From an uncultured Pseudobdellovibrionaceae bacterium (GTDB taxonomy: Bacteria > Bdellovibrionota > Bdellovibrionia > Bdellovibrionales > UBA1609): a stretch of DNA of 64,000 nt. The DNA is taken from contig CAWDNU010000001.1 of NCBI GenBank assembly GCA_963803705.1, positions 384,001 to 448,000 on the forward strand. The letters are read 5' to 3'. Each line of letters opens with the position of its first letter. Position 1 is the first letter of the stretch. A program made the translations under genes and the position numbers. The notes beneath the pieces were generated by a model. It was not told the origin of the DNA. It did no database searches and saw only the letters and a list, made by a program, of their open reading frames with translations. Positions 9,764 to 22,335 of the stretch are shown here, one piece after another.

Positions 9764-11231
9764 AAAGGTTTTAATTGTTGATGATGATCAAGGTCTTAGA
9801 TTAGGTTTAAAAAATCACTTAGAGTCTTTAGGGTTTGTCACTTTTGAAGCTTTTGACGGTGTAAAAGCTCTTGAAGTATTTCAAAACGAAGGACCCCAAT
9901 CATTTGATTTCGTACTACTAGATGTGGATATGCCTCGACTAAATGGTCTAGAAACTTTAAAGCGTTTGAAAGTCTTATCTCCGGCTACATCAATCTTAAT
10001 GATGACAGCATATGCAACAATTGATAATGCAGTTGATGCTGTAAAAAATGGAGCATTTTCGTATCTACAGAAACCACTTCATCACTCGGACCTAGAAGTT
10101 GTAATGAAAAAAGCAATGAAAGCTCAAGGTTTCATTGAGTCCCTCAAAAATTCAGCTCCTATTTTTTACGATGAAAAACAGAAAATAATTGGTAATTCTG
10201 AATCCATGCAAACTATTTTTTCTGTAATCGATCGCTTAAGTCGTGTAAACACACCAGTTTTGGTCAGAGGGGAGTCTGGAACCGGTAAAGAGCTGGTTGC
10301 TAAGGCCATCCATTACAATTCACCTAGAAGGGAGCACCCATTTGTTGCTGTGAATTGCTCTGCAATTTCAGAAAACTTATTCGAAAGTGAATTTTTTGGT
10401 CACGAGAAAGGAGCTTTCACTGGAGCAGAGCAAAGAAAAATTGGTAAATTTCAATTTGCAGATCAAGGTACTTTATTTCTAGACGAATTAGGAGACTTGA
10501 GTTTGAGCATGCAGGTAAAACTTTTAAGAGTTCTTCAGGATAAAAGATTTACCCCAGTTGGCTCTAATGTAGAAATCGAAGCGGATGTAAGAATAGTAGC
10601 TGCTACGAATCGAAACCTTGACCAAATGATTATTGATAAGCAGTTCAGAGACGATTTGTACTACAGGCTAAACGTGATGCCAATCGGATTGCCTCCATTA
10701 AAAGATAGAATTAACGATTTAGAAACTTTAATTTCAGTTTTTGTCAGAAAATTTAATTCGGTTCAGAATAAAGAAATTCGTAAAATTAACCCTCAAGCAC
10801 TTAGCTGCCTTAAGTCATACCCCTGGCCGGGAAATATCAGGGAGCTTGAAAATGTGATTGAACATGCATTTATTCTTAGCGACGAGTCAGAAATTATGAT
10901 TCATCACCTACCATCAACTGTGTTGAAACACGCAAATATAAGTTTAAAATCCTTCAGTAGGGTAGACAACTCAAAAGAATTGTCTGACACCGGTATAGGT
11001 ACAGATCATAATTCCAGTGTAAGTTTAATTGATTCTAAAACCATCAATATTGATATCGACAGTATGGATTTTCAAAAACAAAAAGATGAATTTGAAAAAA
11101 GATTTATTATTGAAGCTTTAAAGATGAACAAAGGAAAGATTAATCAAACTGCTTTGAAGTCCAATATTCCTAAAAAAACGCTTCTGAGAAAGATAGAAAA
11201 GTATGGAATTGATACACAGACTTTAAAGTAG
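9753..11231 (+). CDS. Sigma54-dependent response regulator (NtrC/AtoC family)
   Basis: REC domain (VDDD, DVDMP), GESGTGKE Walker A, intact GAFTGA, C-terminal Fis-type HTH. Confidence 0.95.
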   Translation: MTTKKVLIVDDDQGLRLGLKNHLESLGFVTFEAFDGVKALEVFQNEGPQSFDFVLLDVDMPRLNGLETLKRLKVLSPATSILMMTAYATIDNAVDAVKNGAFSYLQKPLHHSDLEVVMKKAMKAQGFIESLKNSAPIFYDEKQKIIGNSESMQTIFSVIDRLSRVNTPVLVRGESGTGKELVAKAIHYNSPRREHPFVAVNCSAISENLFESEFFGHEKGAFTGAEQRKIGKFQFADQGTLFLDELGDLSLSMQVKLLRVLQDKRFTPVGSNVEIEADVRIVAATNRNLDQMIIDKQFRDDLYYRLNVMPIGLPPLKDRINDLETLISVFVRKFNSVQNKEIRKINPQALSCLKSYPWPGNIRELENVIEHAFILSDESEIMIHHLPSTVLKHANISLKSFSRVDNSKELSDTGIGTDHNSSVSLIDSKTINIDIDSMDFQKQKDEFEKRFIIEALKMNKGKINQTALKSNIPKKTLLRKIEKYGIDTQTLK

Positions 11232-11397
11232 CAAAATTCCTATCCATCAAACATTTTTTGATCTAAGTGCTAGGTTTTCTGTCAAGTGCAAATACTTTGC
11301 GCAATAAAGCCCTAAAAACCAGTCCTGTATTAAAAATATACTGGTCCCACGATTTTTAATTGCTTGTCTGAATTATAGTCAATAAAGTTATTCGAAT

Positions 11398-12117
11398 ATG
11401 ACCAGAATGCCACCTCAAGCTTATACCAAAGAAGTACTTGCATCAGCGTTTGACTGGCTCTCTCGACAAGATGAAGCAGTTAAAAAGTCAATCCGCACTT
11501 CAGATGATTTGGTTGGACTGTTCCTTAAATCAACTCGTTTGAATGAAAATCAAAACCTGCAAAAAACAGCTCATCATGGATATAGTTCAGATTTATCAAG
11601 TGCTAAAAGCTTTAGAAATGAGTTACAAGGTTTAGCTTTAAATTTAAAGCAATTTGAAGAAAAACCAGCTCCCAAGCCTAAGCAAGAACGGAGTTCTGAA
11701 TATTTGCATGAATTAAATTTGATGATGTCAGCACAAAAATCTCAGGCCTCTACTACTAGCAATACAAATTCTACTGAAGATTCTAATCACTCGATATCGC
11801 GGAACAGCGCAAGTTCCGAGCATGGCCATTTGTCGCAGCACGATTTGATACCAGAATCTCAGCCAAGTAGACAGACATCTGCTGACATCCACCCACCTGA
11901 TGAGCTTTCTATGTCTACACCAAATAAAAATTCAAATTTTTCACAGCAAAATATTGATTCAGCTGAAACAGTTCTTTTGAAGCTGGATAAAAAAACTATC
12001 TCTGCGATAAATATCGCTAAAGATAGATTAAACTTAAGCTCAAACACCGAGGCCATTAGGGTTTTAGTTTCCTTGGGCGAAAAGCATCTCAAAAAAGTTT
12101 TTGGCTCGGAAGACTAG
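11398..12117 (+). CDS. Hypothetical protein; low-complexity Ser/Asn linker and possible C-terminal ribbon-helix-helix
   Basis: 239-aa ORF; C-terminus VLLKLDKKTISAINIAKDRLNLSSNTEAIRVLV fits an RHH pattern. Confidence 0.6.
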   Translation: MTRMPPQAYTKEVLASAFDWLSRQDEAVKKSIRTSDDLVGLFLKSTRLNENQNLQKTAHHGYSSDLSSAKSFRNELQGLALNLKQFEEKPAPKPKQERSSEYLHELNLMMSAQKSQASTTSNTNSTEDSNHSISRNSASSEHGHLSQHDLIPESQPSRQTSADIHPPDELSMSTPNKNSNFSQQNIDSAETVLLKLDKKTISAINIAKDRLNLSSNTEAIRVLVSLGEKHLKKVFGSED

Positions 12118-12156
12118 GCTCAAGCAGTCCGAAATAATTCACATGCCTTGGTTCAA

Positions 12157-12241
12157 CCTGCGGCGTCGGCACCAATCAGGCTTACGCACCTTCGCCTGCG
12201 GCGTCGGCACCAATCAGGCTTACGCACCTTCGCCTGCGGCG
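12157..12241. repeat. GC-rich 38-bp tandem repeat (two identical copies plus a 9-bp partial)
   Basis: CCTGCGGCGTCGGCACCAATCAGGCTTACGCACCTTCG at 12157-12194 and 12195-12232, then CCTGCGGCG. Confidence 0.95.
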
Positions 12242-12313
12242 AGCTAATTGCTCTACAGTGCTAGTAGTGATAACTAATAATAACATTATAAAAGAGTTTG
12301 TGGAGTGCTATCA

Positions 12314-15085
<2,772 letters not shown>

Positions 15086-15189
15086 TATAATTTTCTATTG
15101 TTATCTCCATTACGTATAGAAATGCGACTGAACTAGCTTTTCAGTATACTATATGCTGCAAATTACAGAACATTATAGGGAAAAGAGTT

Positions 15190-15688
15190 ATGAATAAAAA
15201 ATTTTTATATTTAATCATCATCACTTGTTTATGGTTGCTATTGATCAAATGACTAAAATGTATATCACTATGAATTTCAGACTTCACGAGTCTCTTCCTA
15301 TTATCAAAGATATTTTTCATATCACCTATGTTAGAAACACAGGGCAGCCTTTGGTATTTTCAGGGATGCAACCTGTACTTTTTAGGAACATGTATTTTTT
15401 CTAAACTTCCACCAGTAGCGATGCTCGTAATTTTCTTTTTATGAAATCAAACCCCGGACAAAGATAAAATTCAAAACATAGCGTTCTCAATGGTATTTGC
15501 AGGAGCTTTAGGAAATTATATTGATCGATGTCGATTTCAATATGTGATCGACTTTTTAGACTTCCATTACAAAAGAGTTTGGACTTATCCAGCGTTTAAT
15601 GTCGCTGATATGTCTATAGTTATTGGAGTATGCTGTCCTCTTTTATTTCATGATTACGGAAGAAATGAATAAGAAAAAGAGTAAATAA
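15190..15688 (+). CDS. lspA: Signal peptidase II (frameshifted in this sequence)
   Basis: DQMTK, VRNTG, GALGNYIDR, VIDFLD and FNVAD motifs across frames; canonical ileS-lspA order. Confidence 0.88.
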
Positions 15689-15689
15689 T

Positions 15690-16452
15690 TTGTATCCCTT
15701 CATTTACTTACAAGAATTATAAAATTTCAGTATATTTTCTAGTATTGGCAGCAGTCTACTGTATTGGTATTCAATACTTTTTTTTAAGAGTCAAAAAAAA
15801 ATCATTAAAATCTACTATAGCCGCTGATTTTTTACTGGTACTTATGTTTTTCGGTTTTTTAGGCGCAAGACTATTTTATGTACTTTACCAAGAGCCAAGC
15901 TTTTATTTTACTCATCCCAAAGAGATATTTTCTGTTTGGAACGGAGGGTTTGTCTATTACGGCGGGTTCTTGACGGCAAGCTTGTTTGGTTATCTGTTTC
16001 TTATTTTTAAAAAACAGAATGTTCTTAATTGGTTGGACGCGGCAGCGCCAGTGGCAGCTTTAAGCTACGGTCTTGGTCGTCTGGCTTGTTTCTTTAATGG
16101 TTGTTGTTATGGCGAAACTACAAATTTTTTTCTAGGTGTCAAATTCCCAGGTCTTGAAGGGTTAAGACATCCCACTCAGCTTTACGCTGTAGTTTTCGAG
16201 CTACTGATTTGGATGCTGCTTTTAACTTTAGAAAGCAAGCTTAAATATGTTAAGAATAATAAAGGCACGCTCTTCTTTCTTTGGCTTTCATTACATGCCA
16301 TAGGCCGATTGGTTATGGAGTATTTCCGCGCCGATCCACGTGGACCATTGGTTTACGGATTTACTATCTCCACATTAATAAGTCTTTATATCTTAGCTTG
16401 GTCTGCAACCTGGTTTTTCTTTTTTAAACTAAATTCAAATTTTAAAAGATAA
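15690..16452 (+). CDS. lgt: Prolipoprotein diacylglyceryl transferase (5' frameshift near 15720)
   Basis: GARLFYV, GGFVYYGG, GRLACFFNGCCYG, HPTQLY, EYFR motifs; MYP-type TTG start at 15690 is out of frame with the ORF-track frame. Confidence 0.9.
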
Positions 16453-16518
16453 ATGACTTAACTACATAAAGTATAGGTATAAAAAATTAGGGGCCTAAGT
16501 TATTGATGCTCAGGATTT

Positions 16519-18480
16519 CTAATAAAAATAACTGAACTGTGTAGACAGATTAAAAGCCGATCGACGATCAGATTTTAAGTAACTGGCGTTAATAGATATG
16601 GCTGAATTCACGTCTTCGAAATAATTTTGCATAGCGAACGTAGTTTGATTGGCGTAGTCTGCACTTCCTTTAAAAGTGGTCATAAATAAATTTTTATTTT
16701 CAAAAATTAAATTACAATCTTTTGACAAGGTGTATTTTAATCCCAGAATTGGGGCTGCTCCGAAACGGATCGAATTTTCAAATCGACCGTTAAACTCCGT
16801 CACGTTAGAAAACAGTGCGTAAATCAGAAGCCTCTGGTTTGGTAAAATAAGCTTAGACAATCCAATGTCAAAATTTAGATATCCGGCCCGTTGATTCCAT
16901 TCTTTAAAGAACTGTTCGGATTTGTAACCTGCATTTAATCGCCAGCTATATTTTTGTTCCAAAGTCGTGATGGGCATAAAAGCGTCGATACCAATCAACC
17001 TAAAGCTATCTAATTCAAATTTTTGACCTGACCCAACCAATTCTCTTTTCTGATCAAAATATAAAAAAGTAAGATCAAAATAATTAAGACTCATAAGTGG
17101 GCTAAACCCTCGACTAGAATCAAGTATGTCATGTAGCCCCTGTTTGTAGGATAAGCTGACGCCATGGTTTGTTGTAACATTATTGCCGCTTCTAGCCTTA
17201 TAACCTAACGAAATTCTGCGAGGCGGGTGAGAATTGTGGGGCGTAATTTCAGGCTCTACATTCAAATTGACACTGCTGTTTTGCTTTTTACTAATTGCAA
17301 CTAGCAGGGGACGCTTATTTTTAAGCAACCTAGATTCATTTTCTATATAGTCCCCAGCGTTTTTATAATCATAGAGCAATAAAGTGGTTTTCAGATCATC
17401 AATTGGATAAGCTTCCAAGTTTTCAGCGGTGACTGTTCCAGAGTTTAGCTGTCTTACAATATTGGAAAATTTTTTTATATCAATTTTTGGTTTAGCTTTT
17501 ATGACGCTGACCAATTGTCGCCTTAACGAAGGCCTATATTTAATTGTCTTTACAAGTCCTTTTGTTTTCAGCAAACTTTTAACAGTTTCGATAGGAACTA
17601 CAAAACGACTTTGGAAAAATTTTTCTAAATATAGGTCAGGCTTTATGGCTTCAATCACCCTGATGGCCCAATATGAACAGTTTTTATTTAAAAAGAAATA
17701 TCTTGAAGATGCATTGCCTAATTCCCAAACATGAAGGTTTAAAAAAAATACATCTTCTGGTTTTAAGTTCAATCGATACTCCCAAAGATCCCTGGACTCA
17801 AAATCGTTATATTCACGAACCTTGTAATAGTAAGGTATAGCTGTGAAATCACCCCTAAAGAGACCAAATAACCCTTTGAAGGCATAAATTAAACCGAAGT
17901 TTTCTGTGCTGGTGGCTGCATAGTTGATACCATAGTTTAAAAGGTCTAATTCCAAACCGTCTTCCTTATTTATTTTTAAAAAGGTGTGGCCGAAGGCAGA
18001 GGAGGGGTTACTGACATAGTAGCTTGAGAATATCAAAGATACTGTTTTACCCCTTGTTCTGGCTAAAAATTCATTTAGCTTTGTGCATCTAGACAGCTTG
18101 TTCAGCTGGTCGAGCTTCAAAGCTTTATTCAGCCAAAAAAATCTAGCAGGAAATTTGCAAATAGGATGTTTGTCAGATATTTTTTCGATGTCAATTTTAT
18201 CAAAAAAAAAATCTATACTTTTACCAAGTTCATTTAGTGGGCTGAACTTACCTCTCCTAGATATAAAAAATTTTGGATCCGAGACTTCACTTTTATAATT
18301 TCCAAGCCAATCTGGTTTGTAGTAAAGAAGTCTTAACCAAGACTTTGAGTAGGCCAGTGTTTGATTTGAAGATCCAAATTCCTGTTGAGTATTTTTTGCG
18401 TTCAATGAACCTGAACTTAGGATCAAAACAGTAGCTAAGATGAATAAAATTTTACAAAGAGTAATCTTAGTAGGTCCCAC
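16519..18480 (-). CDS. DUF4105 (Lnb N-terminal-like, His/Cys papain-like) protein with probable C-terminal beta-barrel
   Basis: Signal peptide, W.RLLYY, CKFPARF, SSAFGHT, ESRDLWEY, YFFLNKNC motifs; amphipathic C-terminal strands ending FSYFY. Confidence 0.8.
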   Translation of the reverse strand: MGPTKITLCKILFILATVLILSSGSLNAKNTQQEFGSSNQTLAYSKSWLRLLYYKPDWLGNYKSEVSDPKFFISRRGKFSPLNELGKSIDFFFDKIDIEKISDKHPICKFPARFFWLNKALKLDQLNKLSRCTKLNEFLARTRGKTVSLIFSSYYVSNPSSAFGHTFLKINKEDGLELDLLNYGINYAATSTENFGLIYAFKGLFGLFRGDFTAIPYYYKVREYNDFESRDLWEYRLNLKPEDVFFLNLHVWELGNASSRYFFLNKNCSYWAIRVIEAIKPDLYLEKFFQSRFVVPIETVKSLLKTKGLVKTIKYRPSLRRQLVSVIKAKPKIDIKKFSNIVRQLNSGTVTAENLEAYPIDDLKTTLLLYDYKNAGDYIENESRLLKNKRPLLVAISKKQNSSVNLNVEPEITPHNSHPPRRISLGYKARSGNNVTTNHGVSLSYKQGLHDILDSSRGFSPLMSLNYFDLTFLYFDQKRELVGSGQKFELDSFRLIGIDAFMPITTLEQKYSWRLNAGYKSEQFFKEWNQRAGYLNFDIGLSKLILPNQRLLIYALFSNVTEFNGRFENSIRFGAAPILGLKYTLSKDCNLIFENKNLFMTTFKGSADYANQTTFAMQNYFEDVNSAISINASYLKSDRRSAFNLSTQFSYFY

Positions 18481-18664
18481 GGCCTAAACATAAACCTTAG
18501 GGCCAGAACGTCAATGAATAGTAATATGGTTTTAAACTAACACTCGTTTAAGGCATGAATCCGAAGGCGTAATTTTTATATACCTTCAGATGAAGAAAGA
18601 ACGGCTGCACATGAAACTTTAAAGCAAGGCATACCCTAGTGATAAAATTAATCTTTAAATGCAC

Positions 18665-19141
18665 TTAGCCTAGGTTTGCGTCACAAACCTTAGAATCAGT
18701 TATTAACTTATCGATATTTTCAACTATTTGGTCTGAGCTTATGATGTCATTTGAAATTACACTTTTGTAATTAGACTTCATCAAGCCAGTAAATTCTGAC
18801 GAATTTGAACAGCTGTAGATGTTAGCTAAAACAGAAACAGACTCTCCTTGTCCTATTGCTAGTTCGTTTACCACTGCATTTTTGTTAGCAGCCACGAACA
18901 CTCTTGCTCTTTCAGTTCTAGAGGCTAACTTATTGGCATCACAGTTAAGTAAGCCAAGCGTGATAGAGAATGTCTGACTGGCAATTCCGTTTGTTGTGGC
19001 AGCCATTACTTGCTCGTACCATTCGTTTTTACCTTCGAACACCACAGAACCTAAACCGCAACCCGCAGCTCCATAACTTGCTGCAAATGTTTTAAGTCCA
19101 AAACCTAAAATTATTGTAACTGCTAATATTTTTTTTAACAT
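18665..19141 (-). CDS. DUF3015-family secreted protein
   Basis: YGAAGCGLGS, ATTNG..SQTFSIT.G..NC, A.GQGE motifs; usual neighbour of DUF4105. Confidence 0.85.
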   Translation of the reverse strand: MLKKILAVTIILGFGLKTFAASYGAAGCGLGSVVFEGKNEWYEQVMAATTNGIASQTFSITLGLLNCDANKLASRTERARVFVAANKNAVVNELAIGQGESVSVLANIYSCSNSSEFTGLMKSNYKSVISNDIISSDQIVENIDKLITDSKVCDANLG

Positions 19142-19186
19142 GTAAATCCCCTTAGTGTTAAATTATAGATCTACAATATTAGTTCG

Positions 19187-19897
19187 TTAAGGCTTGAAGA
19201 TCAACTGGTACATGCGTTGGTCATAATCTTTAAGGACCCTATATTTTTCGGCTTCAAGCTTTAAACTTGGACCAAGTTCAGAGTGCAGAATCGATGAAAC
19301 AAAAGCATATGAAACCGAATCATACGAAGATATTTTTTCACCCAATAGAAATTTTTTGGATTCTATAAAATGAGCTAGGGATTTTATACTTTCCGCTCCC
19401 AATTCATGTATTTCCTCGTTAGTGTGCCTAGACATCCCATGGCCAGTGGCACTTTTTTTCAAGTTTTTTCTGATCATACTAGTTATAGGCCCTCGAACAA
19501 ATCTTGGTATGTTCGAAAAATACATGGATTTTAGCTTTATCCAGTTCTTATCAACAAACCAGCGTTCATGTAAAACACTCCAATAAAAAAAATCCTCTAA
19601 CATTTTGGTAAATGCAAAACCTTCCGCCATCTGTCTGTCAGTCAGATGCGCATCAATTTCAAGATTGTATTTTTTGGTAAGGTACTTTTGAATAAAATAA
19701 GAATCAGAAACCAGGATATTTTTATCTTTCAGTACTGGTAGTTTACCTTTCGGAAACTGACTTGGATTATCCTTAAATTGAGTTACCCGATGTTCTAAAT
19801 TGTTCATTTTAAGGAAAATCTCTGACTTCGAGCAAAACGGACTATTGTTAATAATAGGATTACCGTCTTCGCGGGGGTACACAATAAGTTCTAGCAT
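19187..19897 (-). CDS. Glutathione S-transferase family protein (metaxin/FAX-like)
   Basis: SPFCSK.E.FL, PKGKLP, DSYFI, FLLGEK..SYD motifs. Confidence 0.85.
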   Translation of the reverse strand: MLELIVYPREDGNPIINNSPFCSKSEIFLKMNNLEHRVTQFKDNPSQFPKGKLPVLKDKNILVSDSYFIQKYLTKKYNLEIDAHLTDRQMAEGFAFTKMLEDFFYWSVLHERWFVDKNWIKLKSMYFSNIPRFVRGPITSMIRKNLKKSATGHGMSRHTNEEIHELGAESIKSLAHFIESKKFLLGEKISSYDSVSYAFVSSILHSELGPSLKLEAEKYRVLKDYDQRMYQLIFKP

Positions 19898-19949
19898 AGT
19901 TTTTAAGCCTCGATCGATGTTGTGGCTTAGTTATTGCCATATACACTGT

Positions 19950-22157
19950 GTGAAAGCATGGTTAGTAGTTAAACTCATTTTAATTTCAATTCTAGTGACA
20001 TTATTTGTCAACTGCTCTTCAAATAATGACTCTCAAGTTGTCAGGCTACCAGAGCTCGTTAACCCCAATACTGGCTTGCGAGAAATACGCCTTAGAAGGT
20101 ACGATTGTGATTCCACTACAGACCAAGCTAGTCCTTTAAGTTGTGCTAAAAATGAAGAGCTTATATCCCAACCTAGACCTCAAACAACCGCTGCAAGTAA
20201 GCCTAAAGTGGACCCCTCTGGACCATCAAGCGAGACTATATCCAACGAAACACCTAAGAGCGTTAAGTCTGCATCTGAGCTAAGTACGAACATAAGAGTC
20301 AATGAGCTTACACCTTGGCTAAATACTAAAAGCCGTACTGTAGTTAATCCAACGGTTATGCACAATGATCTGAAAGAAAAGTTTTACCTGACAGCTTATC
20401 TAAGGGAGTTTTCAACCGACGATCAGCAATTTAAAGACTATAAATACGAATTTGTTGGAGACCTAAAGACTTATAAAAAAAATTGGTTAGCAACCAAAGA
20501 AAGAAGATACTTAAATCTGAAGATAGCAACTTCTGAATCAAAGCAGATCGTAAATGCAATAGTACACTGCTTTGATATACCTAGGTGTAAAGAAATCACA
20601 GTGATCGTTTCTTTTGCAAATATTGATACAAGTGGTAATAGTTTCATAGATTCCAGAGCCTTTCAAATTGACCAAAGAGAAGCCAGGATTACGCCAGAAA
20701 ATGCTGTACCAAATAAAACAAAAGTTTCGATCCAAGAGCCAGTCTACTTAGAAGATATAGAAACTAGCGAAGAACTTTCAGAAAGTGATAACGACGATTC
20801 AGAAATTGTGTCTCATGAACAGGATATCACTCTAGATGAAGGAGATAGTCCTGAAGACATTAAAACTCGTCGACCCCTACTAAGACCTGATCATATTGAT
20901 CAGCTTTGTGAGGGATTGATGGGCGACTCTAAAAGTCCTTGCCCTAAATATCTAGTCGATCCCACAGTTGAGAAACCAAATCCACTGCTTGCATTATCAA
21001 ACCTCAGACCAAAACCAAGACCAGACCACTTAACTAAAATAGATTCGCCGCTAGTGGTTGCAGACTCCGTAGATATAGTCGATGAAAAGGTTTTCCCGCT
21101 GGAAGAAGTTATTCTAGAGCCTTACACACCTAGAGAATCAGAGCCAGATATCGACCTTCTACCAAAAGTTGATAGCAAAACTTATAAAAAATTAGACTAT
21201 CTAGAGTTTTTACTAAAGAAACAGCTTGAAGCATCTACTGCGAAGTCTTCGCCCAATATAGATGTAGAGCCAGAATTTGAAGAATTCGATATGGTCGAGC
21301 AAGATAAAACTGAAAAAGTCGAAATAGACTACAGCGAACCCATCAATCAAGATTCGCCTGAAGAAACAGGGTTGGCAAAATCCAAACGACCGACTAAAAG
21401 ACCCGAAAACCTAATGGCCAAATTTATCGAAAATCAAAATGTAGCTTTAGTTCCATTCGAAAGTATTGACGGCAAATTCACCTACGATATTTCTTTGTGC
21501 GGAGAACATTTAATCAAAGCTAAAAATTTAAATTACTACCAAGCAAGGGGCGATTATAGCTCCGGCTCAATTGTGAAGGCCTCCCATTACACAGATTCGC
21601 CTTACCAAACCATAGATCATGCTCCAAGACCAAATAGGCAGTACGGCTCTGAAATTTCAAAACAAGTATTGGAATTCGCAGGTTGTGTTCTAGAGCAAAG
21701 GTACGGTCAAACTCTTGAAAACCAGATTGGCAGTATCTCTTTTGAAAGGGGTGGAAGGCTAACCTTCATTAGTAGACCCGGTTCCCATAAATCACATCAG
21801 AATGGCTTGGATATAGATGTCTCATATCCCCACATTAATAAAAAGACGAGAGGCTTCGATAATTTTGCCAACAATCTAGAGGAATCAAGAGTTATAGCTG
21901 CTTTTGATCAAGCCCGTCTAATGATATATACTGATCGCGTTACCATGCTTTTTACAGACAATCGGATTCGTACAAAGTTTTGCAGATACCTAAAAGCAAA
22001 CGATAAGTTATCTGGTCATCGTAATGTAGTTGAAATGTTCATGAGACAGTGGCCGGGTCATTTTAATCATTATCATGTTAGGGTTAAGTGTACTCTTCAA
22101 AATGAAGGCTGCGTTTACGAAGAATATCCGAAAAGCAGCTACTGTGACGGCAAATAA
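19950..22157 (+). CDS. Lipoprotein with long acidic/Pro-rich linker and C-terminal penicillin-insensitive murein endopeptidase (MepA/M74-like) domain
   Basis: Likely GTG start at 19950 and lipobox FVNC; HKSHQNGLDID (H-x6-D) and HFNHYHVRVKC (HxH) LAS zinc motifs. Confidence 0.8.
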   Translation: MKAWLVVKLILISILVTLFVNCSSNNDSQVVRLPELVNPNTGLREIRLRRYDCDSTTDQASPLSCAKNEELISQPRPQTTAASKPKVDPSGPSSETISNETPKSVKSASELSTNIRVNELTPWLNTKSRTVVNPTVMHNDLKEKFYLTAYLREFSTDDQQFKDYKYEFVGDLKTYKKNWLATKERRYLNLKIATSESKQIVNAIVHCFDIPRCKEITVIVSFANIDTSGNSFIDSRAFQIDQREARITPENAVPNKTKVSIQEPVYLEDIETSEELSESDNDDSEIVSHEQDITLDEGDSPEDIKTRRPLLRPDHIDQLCEGLMGDSKSPCPKYLVDPTVEKPNPLLALSNLRPKPRPDHLTKIDSPLVVADSVDIVDEKVFPLEEVILEPYTPRESEPDIDLLPKVDSKTYKKLDYLEFLLKKQLEASTAKSSPNIDVEPEFEEFDMVEQDKTEKVEIDYSEPINQDSPEETGLAKSKRPTKRPENLMAKFIENQNVALVPFESIDGKFTYDISLCGEHLIKAKNLNYYQARGDYSSGSIVKASHYTDSPYQTIDHAPRPNRQYGSEISKQVLEFAGCVLEQRYGQTLENQIGSISFERGGRLTFISRPGSHKSHQNGLDIDVSYPHINKKTRGFDNFANNLEESRVIAAFDQARLMIYTDRVTMLFTDNRIRTKFCRYLKANDKLSGHRNVVEMFMRQWPGHFNHYHVRVKCTLQNEGCVYEEYPKSSYCDGK

Positions 22158-22335
22158 CTTTTTCTTTTGGATGTGTTATTTGCGAACGTCCACAAAGCAA
22201 TGCCTTAACACCTTGCTTAGCCATTGCTGGAAAGATCTAAACAAACGAAATATCCCACTAGACAATCAGGCTAATTAATCCAAAAGCTGTATTAAATACA
22301 GATATCTGTGAATCTTTCGAACAGCTCAGCGGTCA

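Noticed and set aside
12157..12241. 38-bp repeats as a CRISPR array or T-box leader of ileS
   Set aside because: Copies are directly adjacent with no spacers, there are no cas genes, and no T-box consensus (GGTGGNACCGCG) or terminator/antiterminator is visible.
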